Source: a virus
Taxonomy: Duplodnaviria; Caudoviricetes
IMG/VR virus record: IMGVR_UViG_2883526296_000003
Coordinates: 5,997 to 69,996 of that record
DNA length: 64,000 nt
Strand: one strand, 5' to 3'
Position numbers and translations under genes: made by a program. Below, one piece after another: positions 27,300 through 36,746 of this stretch. Under the pieces are notes generated by a model. It searched no databases, was not told the DNA's origin, and worked only from the letters and a program-made list of their open reading frames with translations. Within the stretch, counting starts at the first letter, position 1; the number at the start of each line of letters is the position of its first letter.

Positions 27300-28988
27300 T
27301 TGTTGGCGAAAGCAAAGCAGTATGCGCAGCGGGCTATATCCGGAGAGGAGATCACCACTAAAGAAGTTAAAAAGCAGTGTGAATGGTTTTTAAGTAATCT
27401 AGAGCAGCAGGAAAAAGAAGGCTATCCGTTTTACTTGGATAGCGGTGAAGTGAATAAAATACAAGGGATTTTGTCATTGCTTTTCTTTGCAACGGGCTTA
27501 GGCGTAATTGGCAAATCTATATTAGATGGTCTGGAAGATTTCCAGGCTTTTTTTCTTGTCAATATTTTCGGCTGGAGGTTTAAAGCCGACCCCAGAAAAT
27601 ATCGATACCGCGATGTTGTTCTTTTCATTCCACGAAAAAATGCAAAAACGTTTATTTGCGCAATTATTCTCATCATCCTCATGCTCACGGAAGACGGTTA
27701 TTCGGAGTTTTATTCCATATGCCTTGACCGGGAACTTGCAGGGCGGGTTAAGCAGGCAATGACGCAGATCATTCAAGCAAGCCCAGCAATTGAGAAATAT
27801 TTTAAACTATCGAAAACACTGAGCAGCCCAATCACCTGTGAGCTAACAGGTAGCTTTTATCAAGCGAGAACCTCCGAAGCAAATCGCAATAACTCCATTC
27901 AGCCCAGTGCGTTCATTGCTGATGAAATCGGAGCTTTTCGGGATAAAAGCAATATTGATGCGATGAAGACCGGCCAGCTCAGTGTGAGAAATCCCCTCCG
28001 GTTTAAAATCACGACAGCCTATGCAGAAACAGAAAGTATCATGATTGAGGAGCTGGATTACATCCGCAAGGTGTATGACGGCATCCTAGAAGACGACCGG
28101 TTATTTGCACTGCTTTATTATGCCGAAGAGGGGCACGAGTGGGATGATATCGGCTTGCAGCAAGCAAACCCGCTGCGGATACCGGAAAATTATCAAGAAA
28201 TCCGGGACAATCGCAAAGCTGCCCTCGAAAAGCCTTCGGAGCGTACCGAGTTCTTAACCAAGCACATGAATGTCTTTGTAAATGATGTCAAAGAGGATCC
28301 CTATATCATTTTTGACAAATGGAAGAAGTGCGAAGTAGGGAAGATTGACCTGAAGGGTAAAGAGGTTGCTGTGGGCGTTGACTTATCGTTAACCACTGAC
28401 CTGACGGCGGTAGATATTATTTACCAGGAGAACGGCAAGTATTTCGTAAAGGCTCACGCCTTTCTTCCAGAGAACTCATTAGCGGCCCGAAGAGAGCGAA
28501 TTGACTATAGACAGATGGAGAAGCTGGGCTACTGTACCATCACCAAGGGAGATATTGTCGACTATAACGTGGTTGAGCAGCATATTCGTTCCATAGAGGA
28601 GACTTACGGCTGCCGAATTAAAGTTATCGCATCGGATCCCTACAACGCGGTGCAGATGATGCAGTCCTTAGCAGAAGACTACGAGGTGGTGCTGATTAAA
28701 CAGACTTATGGCAATCTAAGTCCGCCGCTGAAAAGTTTTCGAAATGATGTGTATCTTGGAAATGTGTTTTACGAAAAGAATAAGCTGCTGGATTGGAACA
28801 TGAGTAATGCCACAACGGTCCATGGCCGTACGACTGACGATATCTTGCTTGCAAAAGTAAATAAAAATAAGCACCGTATTGACCTGGTAGTGGCCATGAT
28901 ATTCCCTTACAGCCAAATCTACCTGGTTGATAAAAGCGTTGATTTAAGCAAACTGACAGAGGACTACCTGAGTATGATGGGGTGGTAA
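27300..28988 (+). CDS. terminase large subunit
   Basis: Walker A IPRKNAKT, Walker B FIADE, ITTA, GVDLS.TTDLTA, RID. Confidence 0.95.
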   Translation: MLAKAKQYAQRAISGEEITTKEVKKQCEWFLSNLEQQEKEGYPFYLDSGEVNKIQGILSLLFFATGLGVIGKSILDGLEDFQAFFLVNIFGWRFKADPRKYRYRDVVLFIPRKNAKTFICAIILIILMLTEDGYSEFYSICLDRELAGRVKQAMTQIIQASPAIEKYFKLSKTLSSPITCELTGSFYQARTSEANRNNSIQPSAFIADEIGAFRDKSNIDAMKTGQLSVRNPLRFKITTAYAETESIMIEELDYIRKVYDGILEDDRLFALLYYAEEGHEWDDIGLQQANPLRIPENYQEIRDNRKAALEKPSERTEFLTKHMNVFVNDVKEDPYIIFDKWKKCEVGKIDLKGKEVAVGVDLSLTTDLTAVDIIYQENGKYFVKAHAFLPENSLAARRERIDYRQMEKLGYCTITKGDIVDYNVVEQHIRSIEETYGCRIKVIASDPYNAVQMMQSLAEDYEVVLIKQTYGNLSPPLKSFRNDVYLGNVFYEKNKLLDWNMSNATTVHGRTTDDILLAKVNKNKHRIDLVVAMIFPYSQIYLVDKSVDLSKLTEDYLSMMGW

Positions 28989-29000
28989 GGAGGTGAGAGA

Positions 29001-30281
29001 TTGAATGTATTAAAAAGAATTTACAATAAGATAATGCAGAACGTAGGGGGAAGGACAGCAGACATGCAGAGTGGAGAGCTGCTGGAGTGGCTGGGAATTA
29101 GCAAAACCCCTAAGCACCTTGTGAGTGAAGTGACCTATTTCACTTGCCTGAAAATGCTGTCTGAAACCCTGGGCAAGATGCCGCTGAAATTATACCAGAA
29201 CACAGAAGACGGCATTAAGAAGGCGAAGCCAAACAAGGCTCATCGATTGCTCAACCTCAGGCCAAACGACATCATGACGCCTTCGATTTTCTGGGCGGCA
29301 GTGGAGCAAAACCGTAATCATTACGGTAATGCCTACGTTTGGATTAGGAGGCAGTTTAGAAGGGCGAAGTACGGCGGCAGTTTTGAAATCATGGATTTCT
29401 GGATTATGCCATCTGACAGCGTCCGGGTCTATGTGGACGATTCAGGGATATTCGGAGCTAAAGGCTCCATCTGGTATAGCTATGTGGATCAATACGCTGG
29501 GCAAGATTATGTATTTCGGCCCAGTGAAGTAATGCACTTTAAGACCTCATACAGCTTTGATGGAATCCTAGGCATTCCGGTAAAGGATATCTTAAAATCA
29601 ACCTTGGAAGGTGGTCTTGAAAGCCAGAATTTCATGAATAACCTATATAGGACAGGCCTAACCGGAAAAGCGGCGCTAGAATACACGGGAGATCTGGATG
29701 AAACCGCACAGAAACGGTTAGTTGCAGGCTTTGAACGCTTTGCAAACGGGGCTGCAAACGCCGGTAAGATTGTTCCGGTACCTTTGGGGATGAAGCTGAT
29801 TCCCCTCGATATCAAGCTTACGGACAGTCAATTTTTTGAATTAAAGAAATTCAGTGCCTTGCAAATTGCTGGGGCTCTTGGTATCAAGCCAAACCAGATT
29901 AATGATTACGAGAAATCCTCCTATGCTAACTCTGAGATGCAGCAGCTAAGCTTCTATGTTGACACGGAGCTCTTCATTTTGAAACAGTATGAGGAAGAAA
30001 TAAACTATAAGACACTTACAGAAGAAGAGCTCAAAGAAGGGCTCTTTTATAAATTCAATGAGAAAGTTATCCTGCGCACCGACAGCCAAACTCAAATAGA
30101 GATGTTGTCGAGAGCTGTGAATAATGGAATCTATACACCGAATGAAGCCAGGGAATACCTGGACAAGCCAAGAGAGAAGGGGGGAGATGGGCTTTTTATG
30201 AACGGAAACTATATTCCAATTGAGATGGTTGGAAAGCAATATGACAAGGAGGGAGGTGCAGCTGATGCCGGAGAAGAATAA
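29001..30281 (+). CDS. HK97-family portal protein
   Basis: LNLRPN..MT, GNAYV, VMHFK, D.QF.E, YTPNEAR. Confidence 0.95.
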   Translation: MNVLKRIYNKIMQNVGGRTADMQSGELLEWLGISKTPKHLVSEVTYFTCLKMLSETLGKMPLKLYQNTEDGIKKAKPNKAHRLLNLRPNDIMTPSIFWAAVEQNRNHYGNAYVWIRRQFRRAKYGGSFEIMDFWIMPSDSVRVYVDDSGIFGAKGSIWYSYVDQYAGQDYVFRPSEVMHFKTSYSFDGILGIPVKDILKSTLEGGLESQNFMNNLYRTGLTGKAALEYTGDLDETAQKRLVAGFERFANGAANAGKIVPVPLGMKLIPLDIKLTDSQFFELKKFSALQIAGALGIKPNQINDYEKSSYANSEMQQLSFYVDTELFILKQYEEEINYKTLTEEELKEGLFYKFNEKVILRTDSQTQIEMLSRAVNNGIYTPNEAREYLDKPREKGGDGLFMNGNYIPIEMVGKQYDKEGGAADAGEE

Positions 30282-31029
30282 AAAATATTGGGAGTTTAAA
30301 GCGAAAGTCCAAGATGAGGCAGATTTATACCTGTACATAGAAATTGCATCATGGGGCGCAGGCTATGCCGCTCATTCTGCGCAAAGCTTTAAGCGCGAGC
30401 TGGATGCTCTAGGAGAAATCAAGACCCTTAACGTCTATATCAATTCCCCGGGTGGTGATGTGTTTGAGGGCAATGCCATCTACAACATCCTAAGCCGGAA
30501 GGCGAAGAAATGTGCTGTAAACGTCTATGTAGATGGGCTGGCTGCTAGTATCGCATCGGTCATCGCCATGGCAGGGACCAAGATTATTATGCCAAACAAC
30601 GCTATGATGATGATACACAACGCTTGGTGTGTCACCTGGGGCAATTCCGGGGAGCTTCGCGAAGCAGCAGAGATGCTGGACAAGGTGAATTTGACAATCC
30701 GGCAGGCCTATTTAAACAAGGCAGGAGATGTCTTAGAGCAAGATGCTTTGATAACGCTTATGGATGAGGAATCGTGGCTAACGGCGCAAGAATGTCTTGA
30801 TTATGGGCTATGCGATGAGGTGATTGGCGAGAAGCAAGTTGCAGCTAAGTTTGACCCAGCTCTACTGAAAAACTTCAAAAATGCGCCAACTGAATTTTTC
30901 ACCCTTCGACCGGATGGCGCAAGAGAAGATCCCGAGGACAAGAGGCATGAGCCGGCGGAAAAACCGGCCGCACAGCTAGATCATGCAGCCGAGAAAGAAC
31001 GACTTTTACTGGAAATTGATTTTACTTAG
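30265..31029 (+). CDS. ClpP-like head maturation protease
   Basis: YINSPGGDVFEG, DGLAASIASVI, MMIHNAW, ESWLTAQE. Confidence 0.93.
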   Translation: MPEKNKKYWEFKAKVQDEADLYLYIEIASWGAGYAAHSAQSFKRELDALGEIKTLNVYINSPGGDVFEGNAIYNILSRKAKKCAVNVYVDGLAASIASVIAMAGTKIIMPNNAMMMIHNAWCVTWGNSGELREAAEMLDKVNLTIRQAYLNKAGDVLEQDALITLMDEESWLTAQECLDYGLCDEVIGEKQVAAKFDPALLKNFKNAPTEFFTLRPDGAREDPEDKRHEPAEKPAAQLDHAAEKERLLLEIDFT

Positions 31030-31047
31030 AGAAAGGAAAATAAGAAA

Positions 31048-32235
31048 ATGAATGAAAAATTATTAAAAATGCTTAATTCTATTAATGCAAAGAAAGCAGA
31101 AGCCAAACAGCTTTTAGAGGATGACAAGGTAGACGAGGCAAAGATAGCTAAGGCGGAGCTAGAAAGGATGCAAGCCGCTTTTGACATTGCCAAGGATCTT
31201 TACGACGAAGAACAGGAAGAAGCTGAGGAGGACATTGCAACCGGCAAGGCGAAAGAAGTCACTGATAAGAAGGACGGCATCCTAGGGGCTTTTGTTAATG
31301 TAGTTAAGGCCGGCATATTGAAGCGGCCCGCGAGCGAAAAGGACCTTGAAATCTTAAATCTGATGACTGAAAAAGATCCAAACGGGCAAGGCGTGTCTGA
31401 TGGTGGCGTAACCGTTCCGGAGGACCTACGCACGCAGATTAAAGAGCTGAGAAGAACAGAAGATGCTCTTGAGTTGCTTGTTAATACAGAGCCCGTTTCT
31501 ACGTTAAGCGGCAGCCGGGTAATTGAAGCCAACGCGGACCAGGTACCCTTTGACAACGTAGAGGAAGCTGCCCAGTTTCCGGATGTTGATACGCCGCAGT
31601 TTATCACGATTGACTACAAGGTCAAGAAAAAGGGAGGCATCTTAAAAGTCACCAGAGAACTCTTACAGGATACCGCGGAGAATATCATCGGGTACCTGAG
31701 AAAGTGGATTGCCAAGAAGGCAAAGGTCACCAGGAATTTCTTAATCCTTGCACAGCTGGAGGAAAGCTTTGGAGGAGCAAATACGCATGCCGTAAGTGGT
31801 TTTGATGACCTTAAGGACATCTTTAACACAATGCTCGATCCAGCCATCGCTCTGGGCGCTAAGGTGCTGACCAACCAAGACGGTTTCAACTGGCTTGACA
31901 AGCTAAAGGACCAGGATAAAAAGTACATCTTGCAGCCTAACCCGGTAAATGCAACGCAGCGCCTGCTGTTTGGCGTGTACCCGGTGATTGTTGCCTCCAA
32001 CAAGGTACTGAAATCCACTGTTGAGGGAACAGATAAAAAGATTCCGCTGTACTGTGGCGATTTCAAAGAAGCAATTACAATCTTTGACCGGGAGACCCTG
32101 TCGATTGAGTTCTCTACGGAGGCGGGTGACTTATGGAGTAAGGACCTTACTGGTGCAAAGGTTCGGGAGCGACTGGACATTAAGACGATTGATGAAGAAG
32201 CTGTTGTTAAGGGAGAAGTGACGGTAACTGTGTAA
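31048..32235 (+). CDS. major capsid protein (HK97 fold)
   Basis: coiled-coil delta domain, DGGVTVPED, VTRELLQD, GDFKEA. Confidence 0.93.
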   Translation: MNEKLLKMLNSINAKKAEAKQLLEDDKVDEAKIAKAELERMQAAFDIAKDLYDEEQEEAEEDIATGKAKEVTDKKDGILGAFVNVVKAGILKRPASEKDLEILNLMTEKDPNGQGVSDGGVTVPEDLRTQIKELRRTEDALELLVNTEPVSTLSGSRVIEANADQVPFDNVEEAAQFPDVDTPQFITIDYKVKKKGGILKVTRELLQDTAENIIGYLRKWIAKKAKVTRNFLILAQLEESFGGANTHAVSGFDDLKDIFNTMLDPAIALGAKVLTNQDGFNWLDKLKDQDKKYILQPNPVNATQRLLFGVYPVIVASNKVLKSTVEGTDKKIPLYCGDFKEAITIFDRETLSIEFSTEAGDLWSKDLTGAKVRERLDIKTIDEEAVVKGEVTVTV

Positions 32236-32272
32236 GGGGGCTTCGGCCCTCTTCTTTAGAGAGGAGGCCCAA

Positions 32273-32563
32273 ATGAGCGCTGAAACAGCCATGCTTGAGG
32301 AAGTAAAAGATTATCTGCGCGTGGATGGATCTGATGATGATTCTCAGGTCAAGGGTCTTATTTCAGCCGCAGACATTTACCTGGAGAATGCCGGAGCAGT
32401 GAAAGACTATGATAACAATCTATATAAGCTTGCTGTCAAGATTCTGGTGACACACTGGTATGAGAATCGGCTGCCGGTTGGAGAGGTAACGGAAGAAATG
32501 GCCTTTTCGCTTCGCCACATCTTGCTGCAATTGAAATATTGTTACGGTGGTGATGAAACATGA
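32273..32563 (+). CDS. head-tail connector (gp6-like)
   Basis: LEEVKDYLRVD..DDD, HWYENR. Confidence 0.9.
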   Translation: MSAETAMLEEVKDYLRVDGSDDDSQVKGLISAADIYLENAGAVKDYDNNLYKLAVKILVTHWYENRLPVGEVTEEMAFSLRHILLQLKYCYGGDET

Positions 32564-32889
32564 ATCCAGGAAAATACAGAAATAAGATTACATTTCTGAA
32601 AAGAGAGCATGGTCAAGATGATTACGGAGAGCAGGTAGACGAATGGACAGCCTTTAAGACCGTCTGGGCAGCTAAGGACCCACTACTTGGAAATGAGTTT
32701 TTTAAGGCCGTGGCCACGGAAGCGAAAGTGGAGGTGAAATTCAACTCTCGGTACATTACAGGAATCACGGGTGATATGCGAATCCAGCACGATAATGAAA
32801 TTTACGAGATTCTTTCAGCCATCGACGTTAAATCTCTCCATAAAGAACTTTTGTGTTATTGCAGGAGGATACCAGATGGTGAAGGTTAA
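32560..32889 (+). CDS. head closure protein
   Basis: MNPGKYRNKITF...DDYGE...W...VWA. Confidence 0.88.
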   Translation: MNPGKYRNKITFLKREHGQDDYGEQVDEWTAFKTVWAAKDPLLGNEFFKAVATEAKVEVKFNSRYITGITGDMRIQHDNEIYEILSAIDVKSLHKELLCYCRRIPDGEG

Positions 32890-33340
32890 GTTTAAGATTG
32901 AGGGCATGAAGGAGCTGCAAAAGAGTTTGAAAAAGCTTGGTGAAGTTCCTCAGAAGCATGTCACTTCATCGGCCCGTAAAGGTATGAATATTATTTTGAA
33001 GGGAGCTAGATCAAATGCCCCTGTCGATACCGGTGACCTGAAGCGGGGGATGAAGCTTTTCGGTGAAAAGTCACGCTTTAAGGGTAAGAAGGTATACCGC
33101 ATCATATTTGATCCTACCATGAACGACATCTTTCAAAAGAAGAATGCGGAGGGCGAAATCACCGGTTACTACCCTATTTCCCAGGAATATGGTTTTTTTT
33201 CCCGAAATGGCAGATATATTCCCGGATATAGGTTTATCCACGATAGCATGGCTGGTAATGCGAAACAAATGGAAAGAATTGTTGTGGACACCATGAAAAC
33301 AAAGATTGATCAGGAGATCGGAAAGGCGGGACTGAAATAA
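32876..33340 (+). CDS. HK97 gp10-like tail completion protein
   Basis: IEGMKELQKSLKKL, APVDTGDLK, QEYG. Confidence 0.85.
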   Translation: MVKVKFKIEGMKELQKSLKKLGEVPQKHVTSSARKGMNIILKGARSNAPVDTGDLKRGMKLFGEKSRFKGKKVYRIIFDPTMNDIFQKKNAEGEITGYYPISQEYGFFSRNGRYIPGYRFIHDSMAGNAKQMERIVVDTMKTKIDQEIGKAGLK

Positions 33341-33480
33341 ATGGATGAGAGGGAAAGGCTCCAACAGGAGTTTGTTGAGAAAATACAAGAAATTATTGAC
33401 GGACTTGAAAAGCAGAAGCTTCCGCTGCGCGCAAAACTCCTTCTGTGGATGCTAAAGCGAAAAGTAAAGCGGGTGAAATA

Positions 33481-33858
33481 ATGGAAAAAGAGCTAAGGTA
33501 TGAACTGGAAAAAGCAATCCCGGAGCTGGCCGGAAACATTTATCCAACTAATGCTCCGGAGGCGTCAAAACGTCCCTATATCGTCTATACCAGAGTCACA
33601 ACGCAACGCACAAAGACGCTGGAGGGCTATACCAGCAAACAGGCGTTATCGTACATGTTTAGCATCATGGCGACAAAATATGCCGATATGAAAGCTCTGG
33701 CTGAGCAGGTGGAGGCCTTTCTAATCGCCCTGCCTGGCAAGGATATTGGGAAGGATGAGATTCATGTCGAGGACGTAAAAATTAATAACATAAGTGAAAC
33801 CTATGAATTTGAGCTGAAAGTAAATCGTGGAATCCTTGATTTCACAATCTATTTTTAG
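33481..33858 (+). CDS. tail terminator protein
   Basis: IYPTNAPE...PYIVY; position before tail tube. Confidence 0.7.
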   Translation: MEKELRYELEKAIPELAGNIYPTNAPEASKRPYIVYTRVTTQRTKTLEGYTSKQALSYMFSIMATKYADMKALAEQVEAFLIALPGKDIGKDEIHVEDVKINNISETYEFELKVNRGILDFTIYF

Positions 33859-33876
33859 CAGAAAGGAAAATATAAA

Positions 33877-34314
33877 ATGAGTGATGATGTACGCAGAGCG
33901 CTAGGAACCAAGCTGAAAATAGGCAAAACCACTCCTGTGGCGGTGGCGGGGCTGTCCTCTATCGGGGGGCTGGAGCTGTCAGCCGACACAATAGATACAA
34001 CTACGCTGGATAGTGATGGAGGATACCGAACTTTTATTGCTGGATTTAAGGATGCAGGAGAGGTATCTTTGGAAGGCTTCCTGATCCCGGCCACGGGAAA
34101 GGGACAAAAGGAATTGTACGACCTGTTTGAGAGCGGGGAGGTAGACGATTTCGTGATTGAGTTTCCTCCTGAAACAGGTACGAAATGGGAATTTAAGGGT
34201 GTTGTAACAGGGTTCTCTACGAGTGCAGATCTGGAGGATCCTCTGGCCTTTTCTGCAACGATTAAAGTCAGTGGCAAGCCAACCCTGACGGTGGGAACAG
34301 GAGGTAGCGGATAA
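33877..34314 (+). CDS. major tail tube protein (non-contractile)
   Basis: ADTIDTTTLDSDGGYRTFIAGFKDAGEVSLEG, FSATIKVSGKPT. Confidence 0.88.
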   Translation: MSDDVRRALGTKLKIGKTTPVAVAGLSSIGGLELSADTIDTTTLDSDGGYRTFIAGFKDAGEVSLEGFLIPATGKGQKELYDLFESGEVDDFVIEFPPETGTKWEFKGVVTGFSTSADLEDPLAFSATIKVSGKPTLTVGTGGSG

Positions 34315-34936
34315 TGGGATATACACCGATTGAATTGGACAAGGTCCGAAATTTCAGATATGGTATGAAAGCCATATCACTAATAGAAAAAAAGTTGAAA
34401 GCACCCATCGCCAAAATTGATATGGACAGTTTGACTATGGAAGAATCGGCAACCTTGGTTTGGGCTGGACTTGCCCATGAGGATAAAAACCTCACACCAG
34501 ATAAGGTGATGGATCTTATTGATGATTATTCAACCCTGACTGAAGTTATGAAGGCTATGGAGACGGCAATGGAGGAGGCTTTCGGTGTTGCGGAAGAACC
34601 GGGAAAAAACGAGTAGAGGGCGGCGGGGAAGAGTTCAGCGTGGCCGGAGCGCTGGAGCTTGCCGCCCATATCGGAATCCCAGTAACGGAGTTTTGGGAGA
34701 TTACGCCCTTTGAACTTTCTATAGTGGCGAAAGGCTATGCAAAACGAAAAGCAGAAGAGCAGAAAGAAAGCATTGCTCAAGCATATCTGATCTCTCGGTG
34801 GGTATGGCAGAAGAAGATTAATATTAAGAAGATATTTGCTTCCGATGAGAAAAAAAAGCCAATGACAGATGATCAGATGCTGGAACGCGTGAAAGCGCTT
34901 AATACTGTTTTCGGGGGAATAGTTGAGGAAAAATAA
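34314..34936 (+). CDS. tail assembly chaperone pair (34314-34616 plus -1 frameshift extension to 34936)
   Basis: slippery G GGA AAA AAC at 34601-34610; -1 frame is open into ORF 34640-34936 (FWEITPFE). Confidence 0.8.
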
Positions 34937-34993
34937 ACATTGCACTCTAATGCTGGAATATGTTACCATATAAAGTACTTGGAGGTGTGTATT

Positions 34994-35833
34994 ATGAAGA
35001 AAATTTTATGTCTAGTGTCTGTTTTAATTATGGTATTTACACTTATATCTTGCGCTCAAGGAGAGGATGCAGGTTCTAAGCAAAAAAAGCAGGCAGATAG
35101 CAGAACGTTAGCTGAGATGGTCTCAGTTTTTCAAGAAAAAGGGATTGATGGAGAAGTAGAGGAGCCATTATTTCAGTTAGTGGGGGCAAAGGCAGGGGCC
35201 ATATTTTATATGGAAAATTCAGTTGTGAAGATTTATGAATTTGAAAGTGAAAAAGACTATCAAAAACAAAAAGCTGAATATACAATCCTGGAGGACATGC
35301 CTGTTAATGGTAAATTTGCTTTAGAGACCAACAGTGAGAAAGCTGAAGAATTGTTTTCTTCTATTGACCTGGAATTAAAAATACTCGCTGAATTAAAGAA
35401 TAGAGAGATTCCGACGGTAAGTATAGGAGAGGTGATTTCAGACGATAGGGCAGAGGTGACTATAAATAAAATAGAGTTTTCCTATGATGTTCTCCCAGAT
35501 AACACGAATTCATTCTATACGCATTATCCAGCAGAATCCGGAAAAGTATATATTCATGTAGATACAGATGTTAAAAACATTCAGAAGCAAGAGCTTAATT
35601 GTGACGAAGTCATGTCGGTAAAAATAGATTATGATAATGGCTATAAATACACAGCTTTTTCAGTACCAGAAGATTCTAGTACTGGATTTGGTTATTCTAC
35701 TAGCATAGCACCTCTTACTTCCCTTGGTGTGCATTTTATGGCGGAGTGCCCTCAAGAGGTGGAGGAATCTCAAAAACCAGTAAAAGTCATTTTCCTTCTA
35801 GGCAATGATGAATATGAATATGTGATCAGATAG
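34994..35833 (+). CDS. lipoprotein moron
   Basis: MKKILCLVSVLIMVFTLISC lipobox; own RBS and promoter-like sequence. Confidence 0.7.
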   Translation: MKKILCLVSVLIMVFTLISCAQGEDAGSKQKKQADSRTLAEMVSVFQEKGIDGEVEEPLFQLVGAKAGAIFYMENSVVKIYEFESEKDYQKQKAEYTILEDMPVNGKFALETNSEKAEELFSSIDLELKILAELKNREIPTVSIGEVISDDRAEVTINKIEFSYDVLPDNTNSFYTHYPAESGKVYIHVDTDVKNIQKQELNCDEVMSVKIDYDNGYKYTAFSVPEDSSTGFGYSTSIAPLTSLGVHFMAECPQEVEESQKPVKVIFLLGNDEYEYVIR

Positions 35834-35933
35834 AAGATTTGGCTATAAAGTACTCTGAACAAGAAAATATATGACGGTATGTTGTATAATAGTGGAAAAG
35901 GTGTTGTTATTTTTAGTGAGGTGGTGTACTATT

Positions 35934-36683
35934 ATGGGAATTTTCTTGGTAGAAAAATGCAGTTTGTGTGGGAATACGGATCAAGGCGCAGATATTGCAG
36001 ATGGTTACCTATGTCGGAGTTGTCTGAAAAGGTGCGGGCCTTTTCTACCTCATCTGGCACTAAAAACAAAAAATTTAAAACAAGCGGAAAAAGCGATGAA
36101 TCTTAATGAAATAAATAAAAGCCGACTTTCGGAGTTTTCGGCAACAAAAGTAATTGGGCAATGCGCAGAATTTGATGAAAATAATCGATACTGGATGGGA
36201 TTAAGGAACGGACCTACGAAGTCATGGCTAGATCCTATAGTATATAAATTTGATGATATTGTTAATTTTGAATTGCTTGAAGATGGTGAGAGCGTTACAA
36301 AAGGCGGTTTGGGCATGGCAGCTATTGGAGGTCTTGTATATGGGGGCGTCGGAGCTATAGTTGGGAGTGTTGTTGGCAAAAAGAAGACGAAATCGTCCGT
36401 TAACAGTTTGAAAATTAAAATTACCGTGAGAAACAATGACGACCCAGCTGCTTATATTGATATTTTTAACAAGAAGTTGATGGCAGACTCTTCTCTATAT
36501 AGACAATATTTTAGCGAAGCGCAAGAAATTTTATCAATGCTATCAATTATAACGGAATCAAATAAACCTTGTGAACCAAAAACATCTGTTGCTGATGAAT
36601 TGTTAAAATTTAAGGAATTACTTGACGCAGGCATATTGACACAAGACGAATTTAATCGTGAAAAAGAAAAACTTTTAAAATAA
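35934..36683 (+). CDS. SHOCT-domain moron protein with N-terminal Zn finger
   Basis: CSLC...CRSC; GLGMAAIGGLVYGGVGAIVG; SVADELLKFKELLDAGILTQDEFNREKEKLL. Confidence 0.8.
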   Translation: MGIFLVEKCSLCGNTDQGADIADGYLCRSCLKRCGPFLPHLALKTKNLKQAEKAMNLNEINKSRLSEFSATKVIGQCAEFDENNRYWMGLRNGPTKSWLDPIVYKFDDIVNFELLEDGESVTKGGLGMAAIGGLVYGGVGAIVGSVVGKKKTKSSVNSLKIKITVRNNDDPAAYIDIFNKKLMADSSLYRQYFSEAQEILSMLSIITESNKPCEPKTSVADELLKFKELLDAGILTQDEFNREKEKLLK

Positions 36684-36746
36684 GATTTATTAAAAAGCAC
36701 TCTTCTAGGGGTGCTTTTTCTATTGCCTGAAAGGAGGTGAAAACAG

